DNA of 64,000 nucleotides from Nitrospirales bacterium (GTDB lineage Bacteria > Nitrospirota > Nitrospiria > Nitrospirales > UBA8639), in assembly GCA_965203295.1 (NCBI GenBank), contig CBDBCZ010000016.1, positions 736,001-800,000 on the forward strand, given 5' to 3'. The position numbers and the translations under genes were made by a program. Below, in pieces: positions 13,013 through 24,957 of the stretch. The notes below the pieces were generated by a model that was not told the origin of the DNA, did no database searches, and saw only the letters and a program-made list of their open reading frames with translations. Numbering within the stretch: position 1 is the stretch's first letter; each line of letters starts with the position of its first letter.

Positions 13013-16000
13013 ACCAGGTTCAAGTTATCCGCCGATTCGCGTCCGCCGATTCAACCGCCGATTCATCCGCCGATTAAACCGCATGACTATCACATGACTC
13101 TTATGTTTACGTTCCAACTCTAAGGATTGAAAAGGTGAAGTTGCTATGCTGAAGTTTCTTTCATAACATAATTTGTTAGTATGTGTATGGCATTAACAAA
13201 CAAATCACAAAAATAGTTGGATTCAGCTATCCAGTTCATAGAAATTATAGATTATATATTATACTAGTTAAATGATTGTCTTGTAAAATTTTGAAGTAGC
13301 TAAGCTTTGCACTACCGCCTCGCTTGTAGGATCTACATTCGGATGTCCAACATGTCATTCTGAAATAAGCAGCACAAAGCCTCGTGCTTATATGCACGGT
13401 CCAGCCTTAATCTCATTCCACTGACTGATGTATATTGGATCAACTGACCTGAGTAAAGTGTACGGTACTCTGAACATCTTGTGTAGGGCATACTGAAAAA
13501 AAAAAAGCAGTAGTGAATCTCATGGTATCAATTAGTTAAGTGCGTAATACCAGTTTACCACAATCACTCCTTGGTAGCCAAACACTCTATTGGTGCACTG
13601 CAGTATTGCTCAGCACAAGTACCGTGGGCCTTGAGGAGTGGATCAGTTGCCTTCCTGCTGAGTGGTGACGACACACTGGAGTCGTTGAAATTCCATGTCG
13701 TGTATGGAGTCACACGTAACAAGTGCTCTCGAAAAACAGATGTCCAGTTGTTTGTTAGCCTCATCCGTTTCCCAGGTGCAAACTTGGGCAGAATTGCATC
13801 TAATTCAGCTTGCAAGAGCATGAATGTTGCACTATTTGGGGGCTTGTACAGCTCTAAATCTGATGATGGCAAAGTAGTTCCTGCAAGTATACGTAGCTCC
13901 TTAGTTTTGTGTTCCATCCTGTACAGAAAATAATTGGTCATGCTTTTCACACTACCATATACAAACTGTTAACTCTCACCTTCATTCTGTCCTCACAGGT
14001 ATACTGTACAGTCCATTCAACTATACAGCAGCTAAGGGAACTTGTAACCAGATGCTGTGACTCAACTACTGCTGAAAAACATACAGACCTTGCATGTGTC
14101 CCATTCTCATTCCAGATTCTCATGAAGCTTTCTCAGCGGGCAGGTCTTTCACAAACCTCAGCATGGTGTGCTCATGATAGTTCTACCTATTTATTTTGGT
14201 TTGAGGTTTATATCATTGGTGACCAACCAACCATCCTCATGAAACCTTTCTCAGTGGCACGGGCAGAGCTCTCACAAACCTCATGCAGCATAGTGGGTTC
14301 ATGGGAATTCTTTCTCTCTACATAATGGTTATTGTTTGAAGTTTATATATATCACTGGCGATTATGACCAACCATTCTCATTCAAGATTCCCATGAAACC
14401 TTTTCATTGGGTACGTTGGTCTTTCAGAAATCTCTCTATGGTCTACTCCTGGGGATCATTGTCTTCACCTATATATTTTGGGTTGAGGTTTGTATAATTG
14501 GTGACCACTATTCTCATGTATATATCAGATTGCAATGATTTAAGAGGGCATGCAGTCTTCCAGTAAACTCTGTGTGGTGTGTTCATGGGATTTCAATTCA
14601 CTTGATACATGTACGTGGCCAAATAAAAACGTAAAAACAAACACTATAGTCTTATTCGAATGCTTGGTCTGACGGTGCCGGGCTTTCCACAGAATCCCAG
14701 GAGTACACTGATGTGCTGCACACAACCAACTAGCTTCCTGGTGCCACCAGTTAGAACACACTGCTTTGAATAACAGCTTTAAGCACTCTAACTGAGAGGA
14801 ACCAGTAGCTTGTTATGATCATGACTGACGAACTGGAATTACCCTGGAAATGAAAGTACGTAAACAAGACATCAAATATAATTATGTAGAACACTTTACC
14901 ACATCGATAATATTACAATACATCCATCACTATGTAATAATTCCAATATGGCAAACCATCCAATATCCATGCAGTGATATTGGACGGCTTGATGAACTGG
15001 CCATTTAAAATCATAAGTAACGTGAACGATAAATATCTCATTGAATGGGTAGCTGTACGGACATGTACTAACATTGGACTAATCTTGCTTGTATTTGGCT
15101 TGTCCTATGGACCTGCCCAAATACAGCAAAGATTCGTTCAATATTCAGTGATATTGGACGGCTACACATGCAATTAATAATATATATGTCATAGCGTAAA
15201 CACAAAAACGTAGACAGCCTCATCGTAGCTACACATACATCTTTGTCAGCATGTCACAGCAATCGCAGCACTATTACAACCACGCTGATTTATACAGTTT
15301 GTCTTAATAAAAACATACGATTTAAACAGCTGTAGTCTATACATACCGCGCTATCTCATTAGTCTCTTTTCCAGGCCGTGCAAGTCGGACTTCTCTGACA
15401 TGCGTGGCCTGGGAACGAGGCTACATTGTACCCTCACATGCACGGAAGGGATTGGCATTACAACTGAAGCCTTCATGTGAGGGCATACAGTATACAGTGC
15501 GGACAAGCTCATTCCCAGACTCTTCCGTACGAAAATAAAGACTTCATGTGGAAAGAGACTACAAAGCAGGCATTTGGGTTTCATAAGATATGAAAGTGCT
15601 ATAGATATTAATTATTTGCCCTCTTAGAAGGTATTGTGAAATTGTTTCTGACTACTTGGCAATGTTCTCAGTGTCTGATTCTTGTAAGTGAAGGGTACCC
15701 GTGAAAGGGTTCCTTTATGGTGGATTGAAGGGATATTTTTGAGATCGACTTATAATACAGTGACCAGCCTGTGCATGACCCAAAAAACCCACAGCTACAG
15801 AAACTAATAGAGATGCACCCCTACTCTACAACATACTTAAAAGCCAGCTGGAACAACAAACGCTGGCACAAGAAGACGTTAGCACTTCTACCAGTGGGCT
15901 ATAGTGGTTGCCACAGTTAACCTTTGAACCACAATATTTAATCTGACCAACAAATTGTGTCCCATAACTGCAGTGTCCTTACTTAGCTATCCGAACTTCT

Positions 16001-16502
16001 ACCTACCCAGGAAACGCTTGCAAGCCTGACTCTGCAAGCGATCCACCCAGGAAATGCTTGCAGGCCTGACTCTGCAAGCGATCCACCTAGGGAACGCTTG
16101 CAGGCCTGACTCTGCAAGCGATCCACCTAGGGAACGCTTGCAGGCCTGACTCTGCAAGTGATCCACATAGGGAACGCTTGCAGGCCTGACCCTGCAAGCG
16201 ATCCACCTAAGGACCTAGGAACGCTTGCAGGTCTGACTCTGCAAGCGATCCCTAGGTGGGTAACGCTTAATTGTAGGAACCTGAAAGCGATCCCTAGGTG
16301 GGTAGAAGTTGGGGATGTATAGCCAGAACCATAGATAATATAGCCTAACCTAGTGAGACTATATCAGAACTTACTTGGAACCCAAGTGATGCGCTTTAGT
16401 TGGAACGTAAACATGAGTCATGTGACAGTCATGCTGTTGAATCGGCGGATGAAACGGCGGTTGAATTGGCGGACGCGAATCGGCGGATAACTTGAACCTG
16501 GT
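13013..16502 (-). mobile_element. Long-TIR DNA transposon (MULE/Foldback-NOF-like) inserted in the left TIR of the previous element
   Basis: TIRs of ~100 bp, ACCAGGTTCAAGTTATCCGCCGATTCGCGTCCGCC at both ends. Perfect 9-bp TSD AGGTAAGGC. Internal ORF fragment 13564-13950 (WTSVFREHL...WNF...SRK...KAHGTCAEQYC) is reminiscent of MULE/NOF N-terminal regions; the family call is tentative. Confidence 0.7.
16001..16300. repeat. ~40-bp tandem repeat (6-7 copies), each unit with an internal hairpin
   Basis: Unit CCACCTAGGGAACGCTTGCAGGCCTGACTCTGCAAGCGAT, with CGCTTGCAG/CTGCAAGCG inverted pair. Confidence 0.85.
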
Positions 16503-17829
16503 AGGTAAGGCCTGGAAGGATTTCACACGTGATACGTGCCGCCAATGACGTCAAAGTCTTCCGGATGTGAAGTTATTACGCGCTGATCGCTCGCGTGATT
16601 CTTTCCATTTCCATGCGTTCGTTTTTCCGACGACTTTACTCACCGTGTAGTCTCTTTGTTGCGAGCTGGGGACCGCGAGATGGCAAGAAGAGGCAACAAA
16701 GTTACCTGGCGTGTACTTTATAGTACCAAAGGATACAGCTAAGCAGCCATATTTGTAGCTACTTGACGCTAGCTTAGCTAGCTAGCTATAGCCTTTAGTG
16801 TTCACGGTTGTACTTTTTCTTTATCATCATACTTTTATTAACATAAAATTTGCCAAAACAGGTTAAAACAACAGTTACATGAAGGTCCACGTGAGGGGCC
16901 ATAGCAAGCACGCCTAAATTTGCGTCGGAGGCAAGCTTAGAACTCCTCAATTCGCCAACTGTTGTCCAAAACGTGAACGGACGGGCGTCTTGCAAATTCA
17001 AATAGTAACCTGGGCACAGAGCTTCTCCTCTTCCAAAACTGCAGCGAGCTTTTGAACGCTTCCAACTTTTCCCCGGGACTTTGGCGCGAGACAAATCGTC
17101 ATCAAGTTTAACCACGCCCATCACGTTATGACGTTGCTGAATTTACAAGATTACAGCCGTGACGTTGGCGGCACGTATCACGTGTGAAATCCTTCCAGGC
17201 CTTACCTCCCGATTTTTCTCCAAGGCTGCGAGATAAAATCTGGGCGTGTAAGGCCTGGGTTCGAAGCTAGTGCGCCGGAATGCTGGCGCATTGTTCTTTT
17301 GCAATTAAACGCGTGACGTCACGTACAATGACTCCGTTTCCGGCGAAAAGTTGGTCTGGCCCGCGAGACTAACCCATGATCAGGTATATGAGCAGCTGTT
17401 CAAGTGTTTTTGTTGGGCGGATTTACTAGATTAGGCTTATAGGGTTGGGGTAGAGTTAGAATAAAGATAAGAATTTCGCTGCGCAGTTTATAAGTTATAT
17501 AGAATGCGCAGAGCGAAAACCCAAAGCAATTTCACAGATTTATAAAAAAAATTATGCTCCCAATTAGCTAACATGTTGTGTAGGCCACTTACGAAGGTCT
17601 TAAAGATCATAATATTTCACTCAAGGACAGACAGACAAACTAATGCGCTTTGCAGTGGCTTATTATAATAGTAGATCCTTTGAGGTAATTACTGGCTCCA
17701 TGTGGCTCAGGCCAGATTCTGTCAGCACTATACTGACACTCACTGCATGGCAGATGCTAACTTTAAACGTCAAGTTGTGTGGTAATTCCATACAACTCGA
17801 GATTACAGAACTTCACCTTTTTTAACATA

Positions 17830-19200
17830 ATTATATCCAGGCAAGTTTGTAACCAACTTTTCTTACTGCAGAGTTGTTCAGCATGCCACTAAAAGAGTAC
17901 TTGCTCTGCACAAACATGAGTGCATGCAAATATAGTTTAGCGAGCGAAGCGAGCTCAACCATACTTGCAAATGTTCGCACTCCATCTCCTTCCATGTTAT
18001 TCGTCAATGACACAGCTATACAAGCAAGCTACATGTGTATTCATGCAGGTTAATCAGAAAAAGCTTTTTTGTCTATTATGCAACACTTCATATCAATTTC
18101 AGCTGCATCCATAGAGGAACCCTAGCTGGTTTACAGCAACCCTTTCATTGTTGTGTAGCTACATCCTGCCGAAACTACGCACAATGTTCTGTACTAATGG
18201 CCTTGTTATAAATTTTTCAACCACGTGTGCATGAAATAGCATGGCAGCATAGCTCTCAGGTTGCATCCAGCCACTGTAGCTTCCTGCACTGGTAAATTTT
18301 CACTTGCTAATGTAACTTGCTTGCACAGAATCTTAAGTTTCACTTTTTTTATTGAGAATACTACTTTTATCTGAGCTAATCCCACACTAGCAAGTTGGCT
18401 CTGCATTTCCATCTGTTTGTATTATGGTACATACACTGAAATTATGAAAGGGTTGTCTTATGGATATACCTATTGTATCAACGCAGCTATTATTGGGTGT
18501 GGGGGTATGCTTTAGACGTTTTGCTGACTGCATGTGGCTGGGAATGGGGGTACCCCCTGAACAAATGAACTGCAAAAAAAAATGGTTGGCATCCAGGTGA
18601 ATGATCTCTATCACGGAGAGCTGAGAGGGGAACTAACCTAGTGGATTGCTTGATCTCCAGTGCTCATATCTGAGCTTAACTCTTTACCAACCAATGACGG
18701 ATATATGCGTCATGAGCTCCCATAAGCCCACAAGAATTTATATGGGGGTTTAATACTAGGCGTTAATACTTTGTACAGGCTTTTCTGCTTCTTTAAGCTG
18801 TTTCTTATGGTTGGTAAAGGGTTAAAGAGTGGCAACACAAATTCTGCCAACCTGGGAGTTGCAGTAATCCTTACTTCAAAAAACAGCATTATAGACACTC
18901 ACGATTTCTGCCTCGAGCTCGTTCTTCAGCAAGAGCTCAATGTCACGTTATATTTGGACCCCCACAAAAATAACGTACCCGTGGAACAAGTTCTGTATGC
19001 ATGTATGTGTACACCATCAGCCACTGTTTGCTTGTCAATTACGACAGTGTTGGGATCACACTTGATGACTTCAGTTAACAGCCTCACTGAACTGATGTTT
19101 CCCAGTGCACAAGCACAAAGCAATTGTGTTTCTATATTCATGTCTTAAGCGATGACTTTGGACAACACTTCTGCATTCCTGCAGCAGCACTGTAATAATA
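17830..19200 (-). pseudogene. Possible decayed ankyrin-repeat gene remnant
   Basis: Fragment LLCACALGNISSVRLLTEVIKCDPN (ORF 18926-19141) resembles an ankyrin repeat. Surrounding frames are broken by stops. Confidence 0.3.
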
Positions 19201-19754
19201 AAATTATTATTGTGATCAGCAACCTCAAATAACAGACTTGCATATGATTTAGTGTCATTGATAAGGCTTCTAATATAGCCATACCTAACTCAATCACATT
19301 TCAGCACTACAGGTAGTTAATGGCTACTGCCGGAATAAAATATGACCCTGATTACTTGCATGAGGCAAAACCTGGGAAGCCGGGCATATGACAAACAGAA
19401 GGTACCAGGCCACTAATCCCCCCCCCCCCTCCCACCATAAAAAATTGTGAAATATTTGAACCCCTAGAACGTGTATTTCAGTGATATACTGAAGTACATG
19501 AACCCTCTTTGACAGTATATATACCCCCTAGGTTTGTACAGTATGCTCAAAGAGTCAGATATCCGGACAAGTCTTCTGCATAGTTTCAGCAAAGGAAACT
19601 AACTAGTGTAGCTTCTTTGGACACAATGATCAATGGATGTGAACTGGAATTTGTTTCCTCTTCTGTTTTTTTAAGATGCACTTTGATAACTGATTGATTG
19701 GCTTCTAATCACCATCCACTGCAGCTATTTACAGAAATTGACAGTGACTACACA

Positions 19755-20230
19755 TCAAAGCAGTGGCAGCTAGGGAGCTAGAGCCTGTGTAGTAATACAT
19801 TCTGTTTATTAAGCCTGTAGTATATTTTATTACTCAAGTGTAGTGTTATAGATATCATTTTCCTTCCTTGCAGCTGTTTAGTAGCCTCGAACCCAGCCGT
19901 CCCAGCTTTTTTTCGCTGCGAAAAAAAGCTGGGACGGCTGGGTTCGAGGCTAGCTGTTTAGTGCTCGACTAGTTAGTGGATTGAACCCCCTGCTAAGCAA
20001 AGATGGCACAAATGGCACACGAGACAGTCGTTCTTTTGCAGGACTAAATCTAATTCATCTTTTGCGGCCTTAATGTTTTATTCATTCTTGCTGTATTTCG
20101 CTCTATTCACTGTGTGCTGGCTGCTCAATAGAAAAACAAATTGTACGCTGTTTCTTTCAAGATCAGGCAGTATCCCAAAGGGACTTTGATGCTGCTGTTC
20201 CACACAGAGTCCTGTACCCAGAAGAGTATA
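19755..20230 (+). pseudogene. Decayed paralogous fragment (intron + exon) of the RNF213-like gene
   Basis: 19755-20000 aligns by eye with 5323-5482 (LFSARLVSGLNPLLSK vs LFNARLINGLNPLLSD, plus upstream intron). VLYPEEY resembles FLFPAEY. Interrupted by a small TIR element (MITE) and a stop. Confidence 0.7.
19882..19952. mobile_element. 71-bp hairpin MITE, AcademH-type
   Basis: TAGCCTCGAACCCAGCCGTCCCAGCTTTTTTTCGC-T-GCGAAAAAAAGCTGGGACGGCTGGGTTCGAGGCTA. Perfect 9-bp TSD GCTGTTTAG. The empty site is visible in the paralog at ~5437. Confidence 0.9.
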
Positions 20231-20819
20231 TATCATGAACTACTATTATTTTGCAATAATATGTACATGCAAATATAACATGTCATGTATTAAATTATTT
20301 TTGTCTCAATTTTCTACTTTAGAAACTTATACTATAAATCCTGTACTATTGTGGAAATCATTCTGTCCAGTTTAATTAGGCTAATTAGCTTGTTAAAGAC
20401 TGAGTCAGCAACACTTACTACATGCGCAAAGCACAACATTGGTCCTTATATACTACTCATTAATAGTTGAATGCGTGCTTCTTATATGGCCGTGCATGTT
20501 TCCACAGCTTAGACTATGTAGTAGAATACAATATTGACACTGCTGATGTCAGGCAATGAGGGCTCCTCTTCCAGGTATGTAGAATAGAAGCATAAACGCC
20601 ATGGGCACATCTATGCGCCCATATAATTTTAAAATAGAAAAAATCGTGTAAACGCCTAAAATAAAAAGGCCAATAATAAATTCACATTACCCTTACGATA
20701 GTGCATACATAACAGTCAGGGTTTCATCCAGTGCATGGGAGTGACAGGGGATCGAAGCTCCCCCTCAAAAAGCAAAGCTTCCCTCCAAACACATCAAGCA
20801 ATGATTAAGAAACCTCATA

Positions 20820-20950
20820 ATATTATTAACAAGCTAAGTTTCATGTCACCGAAGCTCCGGATCCTCTCTAGAGTAGCCTCAGAAGCCACCAGATGGAGGC
20901 AGTGAAAAGTTAGTCTTGCACATGAGACTACTTGATGTGGTCGTGCTAAG
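20820..20950. repeat. ~130-bp dispersed repeat also present at ~41470-41595, containing a ...CATGAGACTA element end
   Basis: Near-identical AACAAGCTAAGTTTCATGTCACCGAAGCTCC...GTTAGTCTTGCACATGAGACTAC..GATGTGGTCGTGCTAAGC in both places. Confidence 0.75.
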
Positions 20951-21259
20951 CACTCTCACGTGCTCGAACATGAGTACAGCTCTGTCCCCCCAAAATACAT
21001 GTATATCCTTGATGAAACCATGACGGTGTGTTCAAAGAGCATGTAAGGTTGGAATCACAAAGTATTAAAGTAACCAAAAAGGACACCACGAAACTTTCAA
21101 AAACATTATCATCCTTACATCTTGTCAATACACACACACACCACAATTGACAAAGTTGCTGCTTGAGTAACTAGGAACTCTGGCATAAAGTAATTTCCAG
21201 TTCACATAATTTATTACAACAATATTATGTATAGAGAAAGTCAATCAGCATCTGTACAG

Positions 21260-24223
21260 TTACACCATGGTGACAATCACCTTCCCTCGTGTGTGTCCAC
21301 TTTCAACGTGTTTGTGTGCAGACACGATCTCGTCCAGTGCATACACAGCAGCAATGAGGGGGCGAATCTCCCCTCGCTCCACCATTCCCCGCACTTCCTC
21401 AAGGGCCTCTGCATTTGGCTCTGCTATGGAGTAGTAGAAAGCCCTGCCGTAGAACAGCCGATTCATCGCGACCTTGAAGCGATAGAACCACGAGAACAAC
21501 AGACCTCCACAGAACGTACCAAACCTTGTGATGAGGTACAATTTTGGAGACCGTATGCTGACGTAAACACCGTTCCCGAAGCACTTCAACACACTCAGAG
21601 AAGGTCTTTCGTACACATAACCAACTGTGTCAAACACAACATCGTACCCCTTCAGGGTTGTGGCGAAACTTCCCGTTGTGTAGTCGATAGCATTGTCGGC
21701 TCCAAGACGATGTGCGAGGGAGATATTGCTGGTGGAGCAGGTAGTGGTGACTTCTGCACCCCAGGCCTTCAGCAGCTGGATCGCAAACGAGCCAACACCT
21801 CCGGTTCCAGCATGCACGAGGACCCGTTTCCCCCTTGCATTACCTCTGTTGAGACCGCCCAGCTGGACCAGTGCAGTCCACGTAGTGACAGCAACCCACG
21901 GGAGGGAGGCTGCTTCACGGTGATCCACGTTGCAGGGCTTGAATGCCAGCTCACTCTCTCTCATGGTGACATACTCGGCATGGGTGCCTTGGCGTGCGAA
22001 CGAGACAGCCCCGTACACAAGATCTCCCGGCAAGAACTTCTTCACGTTGTCCCCTACTGCAACCACCTCGCCAGAGCAGTCTCGCCCGACAATCAGCGGA
22101 AAGAACTTCTTCCTGGTCATTCGAGAAATTCTGCGAAAGAAATTTGCGCCATAGCCCCGTCTCATGCCCAAGTCAATTGGGTTAATGGATGCAGCATGGA
22201 CTCGAACTAGGACATCATCCGGATGAAACTCGCCCACGAATCGAGGGTCGATTTGAAGGACTTCGTCGGAACCTCCAAACGTGTTGCAGATGGCAGCCTT
22301 GTGGCGGGAATACTGCTGCTGGAATTGGGGTGCTCTTTGGGTGTGAAGGCCTCTTAGCAGCCAGAACACCCCTAGTCCAATACACACTAAGCTCTTGATG
22401 GGTAACTCGGTGTATTTGAACAGTAGGAAAGAGGTACCAGCGCTGGTCACTGCATCACGGAGGAGAGTCGGAGGCTGCTGATGTGACACAGGGTGGGGTG
22501 AACTCGAAGGGATCCTCTTTGGTGGTGTGTCACCAACTACGGTGCTGACAATCTTCTTGGCTTCTAGCGAGCTAGGCTGGCAGTCCGACCTCCACGCTAC
22601 CACACCATCAGGACGAACAAGGAAGTACTTTCGATCATAGCAGGCCACGAGCTCTGGAAGCTTGGGGTAGGTGTACGTCTCATAGGGCAAGCCCCTGGTC
22701 CTCATTTCTGCCTTGAGGTCATCCAGATTACTCTCCTCTCCTCCAATGGTCAGTAAAACAAACTGCTTTCCGAATAGGTCAAGGATTGTGGCACAGTCCG
22801 GCAGTGCTACGTGAGGGGCGCGGCAACCAGGCAGCGAGGAAGGTACAAACCTTGTTCTGGTGCTGGCATTCAGCTTGACCTTGCCAAAGGAGTCGTACTC
22901 GTGCTTGATCACAGGGGAGTTGATGTACTGGAAGCCGAGGACAATATCGATCCCCAGGGTGACCTGAGCATTCAAGGATCTTCCCATCACACGACCAAGT
23001 ACGAAACGGGTCAACGGGTTGGAAACTAGGAACGGCAGTATCTTCAGTCTAAATTCCTCCATGCCCTCTGTACCACCAATAGAGAGAGCAAACCGTCGGG
23101 CAATATCAGCCATTCGCATGCGCTCAACCTGGTAAGAATTAAGCAGATACGGACCACCGAATCCCTTCAATACGGCTTCCAATTTCCAGGCAAGGTCAGC
23201 AACGTCGCTCAGCCCGGTATTCATTCCCAAGCCACCAGCGGGGAGCCATTGGTGGGCACTGTCACCGGCCAAAAAGCAACGATCTTCCTGGTACTTCGTG
23301 GAGACGAGGGCGTGCATGTTGTAGCCTGAGGCTGCAACTACTGTGTGGGGTAGGTTTACACCCACGGCATTGACTATGCAGCGAGAGGCATTGCGAACAT
23401 ATTCCTGGAGGACCTCGTCACTGGTGTTTGGGGGAAGTACAACATGGAGAGCAAAGTCCGCATTGGCGTTTAGCGTGATCAGAAATCCGGACCCTTTCTT
23501 GCTGACAACCACACAAAACCCCAACTGATCTCTTTCCTTCATCCGCGTATAGAGCTCTGTAGACTTGAAAGTGATGCTACATGCTCTGACAATCACAAAC
23601 TCACCGTACGTGTGGATTCCAAGCTGCTTTCGAATCGGGCTAGACCCTCCATCACATGCAACGAGGTACTTTGCTTTGAAGACTTTTTCCGAAGGATCAT
23701 TTTCAGAGCTGGCACTACAGACTGCTCGAATTGTGACTCCATTCTCGTCCTGAGCTAGCGACATCACTTCCCAGCCCCAAAACGTCTTAACATTGGAGCA
23801 AGCCTCGATATGCTCCTTCAGCACTGGCTCAAGGGCAGTCTGTGGGCACACCATAGGGATGGCAACAGACGCCCCAGGGTGATGGAACAGGAACGTTTTC
23901 CCCGGAATACCATCCACAATCTCCCCCCAAGACGCAAACTTCTTCCTCCACATCATTGAACCACCTAAGACGCTTGTTCGAACCGAAGCGTTAAATGACA
24001 TGTCTCTTGGATAAGCCGCATCCATCACTTTTTGCTGTAGCCCAAGCCTTCGGTAGTGCTCCATGGTTCGTGAGCTGACGTAAGCAGCCTTGGCAAGGAC
24101 AGAGGTTGATGTTTTCTTCTCGACCACAATGGACTTTATGCCTCGGTAGGACAGTTCGGCAGCCATTGTGAGACCCACGGGGCCGCCGCCCACAATCAAC
24201 ACATCTGTCTCCTCACTTGCCAT
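21260..24223 (-). CDS. Intronless fusion protein: FAD-dependent aromatic monooxygenase (FAD_binding_3, class A) + hydrophobic linker + RTN4IP1-like MDR NADPH:quinone oxidoreductase
   Basis: Uninterrupted 987-aa ORF with CCACCATGG start context. N-part has VLIVGGGPVG (GxGxxG), LVACDGGSS (DG), LAGDSAHQWLPAGGLGMNTG (GD), and PGCRAPH and LVRPDGVVAWR (C-terminal thioredoxin-like domain). C-part has VHAASINPIDLGMRRGYG, FPLIVGRDCSG, AASLPWVAVTTW, HAGTGGVGSFAIQLLKAWGA and GHTRGKVIV. Confidence 0.92.
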   Translation of the reverse strand: MASEETDVLIVGGGPVGLTMAAELSYRGIKSIVVEKKTSTSVLAKAAYVSSRTMEHYRRLGLQQKVMDAAYPRDMSFNASVRTSVLGGSMMWRKKFASWGEIVDGIPGKTFLFHHPGASVAIPMVCPQTALEPVLKEHIEACSNVKTFWGWEVMSLAQDENGVTIRAVCSASSENDPSEKVFKAKYLVACDGGSSPIRKQLGIHTYGEFVIVRACSITFKSTELYTRMKERDQLGFCVVVSKKGSGFLITLNANADFALHVVLPPNTSDEVLQEYVRNASRCIVNAVGVNLPHTVVAASGYNMHALVSTKYQEDRCFLAGDSAHQWLPAGGLGMNTGLSDVADLAWKLEAVLKGFGGPYLLNSYQVERMRMADIARRFALSIGGTEGMEEFRLKILPFLVSNPLTRFVLGRVMGRSLNAQVTLGIDIVLGFQYINSPVIKHEYDSFGKVKLNASTRTRFVPSSLPGCRAPHVALPDCATILDLFGKQFVLLTIGGEESNLDDLKAEMRTRGLPYETYTYPKLPELVACYDRKYFLVRPDGVVAWRSDCQPSSLEAKKIVSTVVGDTPPKRIPSSSPHPVSHQQPPTLLRDAVTSAGTSFLLFKYTELPIKSLVCIGLGVFWLLRGLHTQRAPQFQQQYSRHKAAICNTFGGSDEVLQIDPRFVGEFHPDDVLVRVHAASINPIDLGMRRGYGANFFRRISRMTRKKFFPLIVGRDCSGEVVAVGDNVKKFLPGDLVYGAVSFARQGTHAEYVTMRESELAFKPCNVDHREAASLPWVAVTTWTALVQLGGLNRGNARGKRVLVHAGTGGVGSFAIQLLKAWGAEVTTTCSTSNISLAHRLGADNAIDYTTGSFATTLKGYDVVFDTVGYVYERPSLSVLKCFGNGVYVSIRSPKLYLITRFGTFCGGLLFSWFYRFKVAMNRLFYGRAFYYSIAEPNAEALEEVRGMVERGEIRPLIAAVYALDEIVSAHKHVESGHTRGKVIVTMV

Positions 24224-24957
24224 GGTGGGGGTTAACGTCTTTGTTTAACTGCTTTCAATAGCTGGTTACCAGCAGTGTTGCGATAGCTGGGAAAAGGGAA
24301 AATGATAGTGATACAGGATCTTATCATTTGGGAGGATGAACAAGTTTGAATATTCAATTAGGACAGCTTGCCCGGTGCACCAAGCTCAACAGTCAAGTTG
24401 GAAGCAAAAGTAGTTTTTGCATGAAACTACCTTCATGGCAAATCGCACTGTACGCACATGTACGTATGGTTTCTGTCGCTTGTGAAACAAAAACGACAAT
24501 TCTGGTATAATTTTAATAATAAACCATGGATGATGGTGGGCAAATAAATTTATGAGGTATGGCACTTTTCAGTAGGCTTTAATGCGCATTTAGGCCTATC
24601 AATATTACACAACACTTACGAGTAATTCGTTGATACTCAGGCGGCCACGCTGCTCGCTTGTGCGATGCTTAGCGCTTGCTTGCTACGCCAGACTAGCCGC
24701 TCGCATGCATAGATCTACAGTCGAATTAATTAATAATTAATTAACTCTCTGGGCACGCACGTGCATATTATGCATGGCGCGTGGTCTGGATCCTGCCTTT
24801 TATTTTGTCATCGTAGCTGATTAAGAGATGGTTTCTCTCAGTGTGCACGGATTCCTGCCGACTATATCCTTCATCCTTGGCTCTGTAAGGTAAGATATTT
24901 GGTACTATTAAGCTCCATGCTATCTATATCCTTCATGCAGTGTAGGAGGTATCAAAT

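Larger units (their letters stand above)
12942..17269. mobile_element. Non-autonomous AcademH-type element with ~110-bp TIRs (middle layer of nest)
   Basis: TAGCCTCGAACCCAGGCCTTACACGCCCAG... mirrored at ~17160-17269. Perfect 9-bp TSD GTGCGCCGG. Confidence 0.85.
12851..17371. mobile_element. Non-autonomous TAG...CTA element (AcademH-type), outermost layer of a triple nest
   Basis: TIRs TAGTCTCGCGGGCCAGACTAACTTTTCGCCG / CGGCGAAAAGTTGGTCTGGCCCGCGAGACTA. 9-bp flanks ATCCATGAT / ACCCATGAT (1 mismatch). Confidence 0.8.

Noticed and set aside
21227..22210. 327-aa plus-strand ORF
   Set aside because: Antisense shadow of the conserved MDR domain with no recognisable motifs.
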